IMG/VR virus record: IMGVR_UViG_3300031994_000023 | Span: 64,001-128,000 of that record | Source: a virus | Lineage: Duplodnaviria > Caudoviricetes | DNA: 64,000 bases | Direction: 5' to 3' (one strand) | Program-made: the position numbers and the translations under genes | In this document: positions 60,509 to 64,000 of the stretch, piece after piece | Position numbering within the stretch: the first letter of the stretch is position 1 | Layout: every line of letters begins with the position of its first letter | The notes under the pieces: model-generated | What the model was told of the DNA's origin: nothing | Databases searched by the model: none | Seen by the model: only the letters and a program-made list of their open reading frames with translations

Positions 60509-62266
60509 TAATAAGCATCATATTATACTTTATTATAAAACCTTTATTTTGGATATAATCTACCATTGCAATATTTTCTAAAATATTTGTACATGGGTAA
60601 ATTCATATTTCTACCCAAGCAATATCCTAATCAGTCCCATTCCTCAGAACTATATTCCATAGGATTATGATTCCAATTCGTATCACTATTGGCATAATGA
60701 TTATACAACAACAGATTTCTTACAAAACCATTCACAACCCCCCTTGACTCGTTGTCCAAATCTATGTACCGAGGCATTTTATAAAGTTGCTTTGTGATTT
60801 TGTTACACAAATTTACCATCTGAAATACCAAATCCATATTAATTTCACTTAATTGTTTTACTTCTTCCATAGTTTTTTCATTATCCATCATAACAGCACA
60901 CCCCTAAAATTGTTCCTCTTCCATCATCAACCTTATCAATTGTGAAAGTTTTAAAGCCAAATCAATTGAATCTTTATACTCGTCAGAACTCAAATACTTA
61001 GGAATTCCTATTTGGGCTTGTTGGTGGTCCATAATAATTTTATATCTGTCTGCTTGTAGAAAATCAATTAAATCACCTCTTGTTTCATTTATTCTTTTTT
61101 TATTTGCTTTTCGAAGTTCTGAAGTCATTTCATCCAAACCACTATTACTCATCATATTATTAATAAATTCCATAAAATCTTCGTTATCCATCCTTTTTTC
61201 CTCCAACAATCATATTTACTGTCCTTAGTGTATAATTCATATAAACTCACTTAAAAGCATATTTTTTTTCCAACTTTAACCAAACTATTGTTTTTATCCA
61301 CCCATACTGATTACAATTAACAACCCGATTATGAATTGTAACACATAAAAGAGTATGCAGATTATAATTATACAAAACAGTGAGATTAGACTTATAGTTA
61401 TTATATCATTGCTCCACTCCATTTTTTTAATCAACCCCCATCTCGTTTTTTTATCCATTCTTCCAACAGTTTTCTGTTTTCATCGATAGAATTGTATGGA
61501 CTTAACTGTTCCCATAAACTCACATATAACTGCTGTTCCTCATCGGTCGTACGGGCACATTGCAAATCACCATACTCAAAGATGAATGAAATTTCTTCAA
61601 GAGGCAGGTTTGTGTGAATATCAATATCTTCAACAAAGGAATCAGTTTTATCGTATAAGCAAATCATTAGGTTGTAATCAACCTCTTTTGATTGGATAAT
61701 CATTATTTTTTCGATTCTTTGAGAACTGTAAGATACTAGGTGGTCATCACCTAATTTAACTTCCAATCCTATAGGAGGATTAAGATAGTAAACATACCAG
61801 GTGGTATTTTCTGTTTTGTCTGTTTCTATTGTTTCGGTGAAATGGTATTTCATTTCATGGTATGGGACTGCTATTTCTGTGAACGAATTTGGTTCTTTAT
61901 AACACACATTATTCCACCATTCAAGGAATTTATCCTTGTTTGTGGGAGATGTTGTTTCTTCTACACCCTGTTTTGCTCTGAATATTTCAACCAATCTGTT
62001 TGATGAGTAAGTATTAGTAGATAAGTTTGTGTTTATTCCGAGGACTATGTTTTTTTTATTGAGAAATACACCCATAATAATATCATCAGTCACTGAAAAT
62101 TCAATATAATCGCTTGCCTTTTCTTCTTCATGTATTACTAACACAGTTTTCCCATCAAGTTCAATTGTATTGTTTGCCAGTTCATAACTCATTTCATATC
62201 AAGTTCCTAACTTTTTTTTTTGAAAATTGTGGAATAGGATGTGTTATATATACATCCAAATTCGAA

Positions 62267-62908
62267 TTATTCTTTCTGCACATACTTAATTGCTTCATAA
62301 GTTACTGGTTGTAATACTGTTTCTATAAGTACTTTGGTTATGTATTGTGTCATTACAAAGCCACATAATGACCAGAAAGACATTGTACCAAGGAATCCTA
62401 TAGTTAGGAATAGTATTGTATCAACTAATTCTCCACCAATAGTACTACCAATAGTTCTTGCAAATAAGTATTTTCCATTTGTTTTTTCTTTCATAATTGT
62501 CATCATACGAGCGTTAACATATTGTCCACAGTAGCAACCGATGTATGAACCTAGAACAATTCGTGGCACGAAAGTAAATATATATTCAAAGTGAGGTTGT
62601 GCCGTGAATGTTGAAGGATAAGGTAATCCTACAGCTATAATGCCCGTAACTATCATTATCAAATTAGCGAATAATGATAGAAGGACTGTTTTCATCATTA
62701 CTTTTTCACCATATTCTTCTGTGATAACATCACCAAGAAGGTAGGTGAATGGAAACAATATTGTCCCAGAGGTTATTGTTAGAAATCCAATTTGGCTTGT
62801 TTTTGTTGCGAGTATGTTGCATATGATGAGCATACTGGCGAATAGTGCGATACATGTTATTTTTTTATCGTTGTAACTTAATTTGAAGTCTTCTTTTGTT
62901 AATATCAT
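62267..62908 (-). CDS. yhhQ: Queuosine-precursor transporter (YhhQ/VUT family)
   Basis: NILATK...GTILFPFTYLLGDVITEEYG...PRIVLGS...RTIGSTIGGELVDTILF. Confidence 0.85.
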   Translation of the reverse strand: MILTKEDFKLSYNDKKITCIALFASMLIICNILATKTSQIGFLTITSGTILFPFTYLLGDVITEEYGEKVMMKTVLLSLFANLIMIVTGIIAVGLPYPSTFTAQPHFEYIFTFVPRIVLGSYIGCYCGQYVNARMMTIMKEKTNGKYLFARTIGSTIGGELVDTILFLTIGFLGTMSFWSLCGFVMTQYITKVLIETVLQPVTYEAIKYVQKE

Positions 62909-62914
62909 AATTTG

Positions 62915-63106
62915 TTATTTCTCCCTGTATATTGCCTCTGTTGGACAATTCATTGCACAGAGTTCACATTCTGCACATTCTTGACTTATTTGTGGGTAAT
63001 TTTCGTGGAAGGTTATGTTGTTTAGAGCACAGATTGCAACACATACTCCGTTGTTTGGACAGTTTTGTTTTCCTGTGCATTTTTGTTTGTTTATTTTTAG
63101 TGGCAT
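62915..63106 (-). CDS. 4Fe-4S ferredoxin
   Basis: CAECELCAMNCP plus an N-terminal Cys set. Confidence 0.8.
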   Translation of the reverse strand: MPLKINKQKCTGKQNCPNNGVCVAICALNNITFHENYPQISQECAECELCAMNCPTEAIYREK

Positions 63107-63139
63107 ATTATTCTTTTATCTCCCCAATCTTTTTTTTTG

Positions 63140-63679
63140 TTAGTATAGGTCTATGAAATCATATTCCCAATTGTTTTTTATGAGTAAGTCTCTTTCATTA
63201 ACGGCTTCATCTATCGTTTTAAATATTCCATAATGTCCACCATTGTATCTTATGCGATAGGTGTTGTTTTTGGCATATTGGATGTATCGTGGTAAGTTAT
63301 GTTTTTGTCGGTGATTGTAGGTTAATGCATCCTTATTCCACCCATTTTTTTCTAGTTGTTTTTTGTATTCTTGTATGGTTTCATAGGAATCTGAAGAGCA
63401 GAAGTATTGTTTTCCTTTTTGGATGAAGTATGTTCCGTTTTGGTTTTGGTATATGTAAATTGAGTTTGGGTGTTTTTTGTGGTGTTTTTTCTTTGCATAT
63501 TTTTGTTTGATTTTTTTCATTAGAGGCTCATAGAATTTGTTGTTTTTGCACTCTTCGTATATGGGTGTTATTTCTTCAAGTGTTCTTCTTGAAGCAACAT
63601 ACGTGTTTTTCACGTAGATAATATAATTCGATGTGCCATTGTTTTGTGAGTATTTGTAAAGGTATTTTTTGATTTTCAA
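63140..63679 (-). CDS. Repeat-domain DNA-binding-like protein (AP2-like repeats)
   Basis: Three repeats ending in YGIFKTIDEAVNERDLLIKNNW-type motifs. Confidence 0.5.
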   Translation of the reverse strand: MKIKKYLYKYSQNNGTSNYIIYVKNTYVASRRTLEEITPIYEECKNNKFYEPLMKKIKQKYAKKKHHKKHPNSIYIYQNQNGTYFIQKGKQYFCSSDSYETIQEYKKQLEKNGWNKDALTYNHRQKHNLPRYIQYAKNNTYRIRYNGGHYGIFKTIDEAVNERDLLIKNNWEYDFIDLY

Positions 63680-63732
63680 TTAATATCCCATCCCATTGAA
63701 CCCCATTTTTTTTTATTCTGTTTTTACTTCAG

Positions 63733-64000
63733 TTATTTCTGAAAAGTTGCATATTCCCTTTTTTCATCCCACACCATATCATATATGCCTATTGTTAAGT
63801 GGAATATGTTGTTTTCTTCTTCTAATTCGAAAGGTATGCTCTCTTTTGTGAGATAATTTGTTAGTTGTTTTATTTCATCTGTGATTGTACTTACTTGTAG
63901 TTGTATTGTGTCATCTATTACTTCGGTTGTGGCATTATTTTTTCCATTGCCTATTTTTTGTGTGGTGTATTGTTCTAGGTCATATATGGAATCCCAATAC
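63733..64000 (-). CDS. 3' part of a hypothetical gene entering from outside the window
   Basis: Open frame ...NATTEVIDDTIQLQVS...EYATFQK*. Confidence 0.45.
   Translation of the reverse strand, partial: YWDSIYDLEQYTTQKIGNGKNNATTEVIDDTIQLQVSTITDEIKQLTNYLTKESIPFELEEENNIFHLTIGIYDMVWDEKREYATFQK

Larger units (their letters stand above)
48517..62192 (-). other. Array of ~35 small co-oriented hypothetical genes, several paralogous
   Basis: Dense, often overlapping minus-strand ORFs with SD sites; shared segments between 50731/58204 and 52535/56966. Confidence 0.7.

Noticed and set aside
65-62534. Many plus-strand ORFs in the track (e.g. 2019, 2467, 11118, 30334, 31000, 46025, 48171) and minus-strand 46070, 48125
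   Set aside because: Antisense or alternative-frame shadows of real genes, kept open by skewed composition; no SD or motif support.
1-64000. Provirus boundaries or integrase
   Set aside because: No integrase, att-like repeat or host housekeeping genes seen; lifestyle cannot be determined from this window.

Overview
The window is a 64-kb segment of a large, AT-rich tailed (probably contractile) archaeal virus genome. The host is most likely a methanogen (Methanobacteriaceae-like), judged from an archaeal Hjc resolvase, TATA/BRE promoters, GGAGGTGA ribosome-binding sites and methanogen-type Ig-repeat proteins. Almost all genes are on the minus strand. 0-12 kb holds tail sheath, neck, Ig-fibre, major capsid and XkdF-type protease/scaffold genes. 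12-43 kb holds portal, both terminase subunits and a DNA-modification set (QueC, TGT/DpdA-like, 2 ParB-like, Mom-like, C5 and N6/N4 MTases, radical SAM). 45-48.5 kb is an early anti-defence island (AcrIII-1/DUF1874, DUF2958), and 48.5-64 kb is a run of small hypothetical genes with a YhhQ transporter and a ferredoxin. Main discovery: 24 otherwise unrelated genes scattered through the head/packaging region all start with the same peptide M-[AST]-S-K ('MASK'), usually followed by a linker and L-[NQ]-[ST]. Seven carry a longer MASKxxGGGGASYxDxGIDDYPxYLN leader. The bodies include 7 HExxH zincin peptidases, 4 ADP-ribosyltransferase-like domains, 1 GNAT-like domain and 12 mostly helical or unassigned proteins. 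Four peptidases sit tail-to-tail with small related plus-strand genes (candidate immunity proteins). The tag matches an [AS]-x-K motif repeated in the scaffold and in the capsid leader. My inference is a tag-directed system that loads an effector arsenal into the capsid. Other candidates: split Ig half-domains that may chain fibre proteins together, a tRNA with an 8-nt anticodon loop, a ~330-nt RNA with tRNA-like ends, a type I TA-like locus, and G+T/A+C skew flips centred on promoters. All family calls come from motif recognition by eye; no searches were run.
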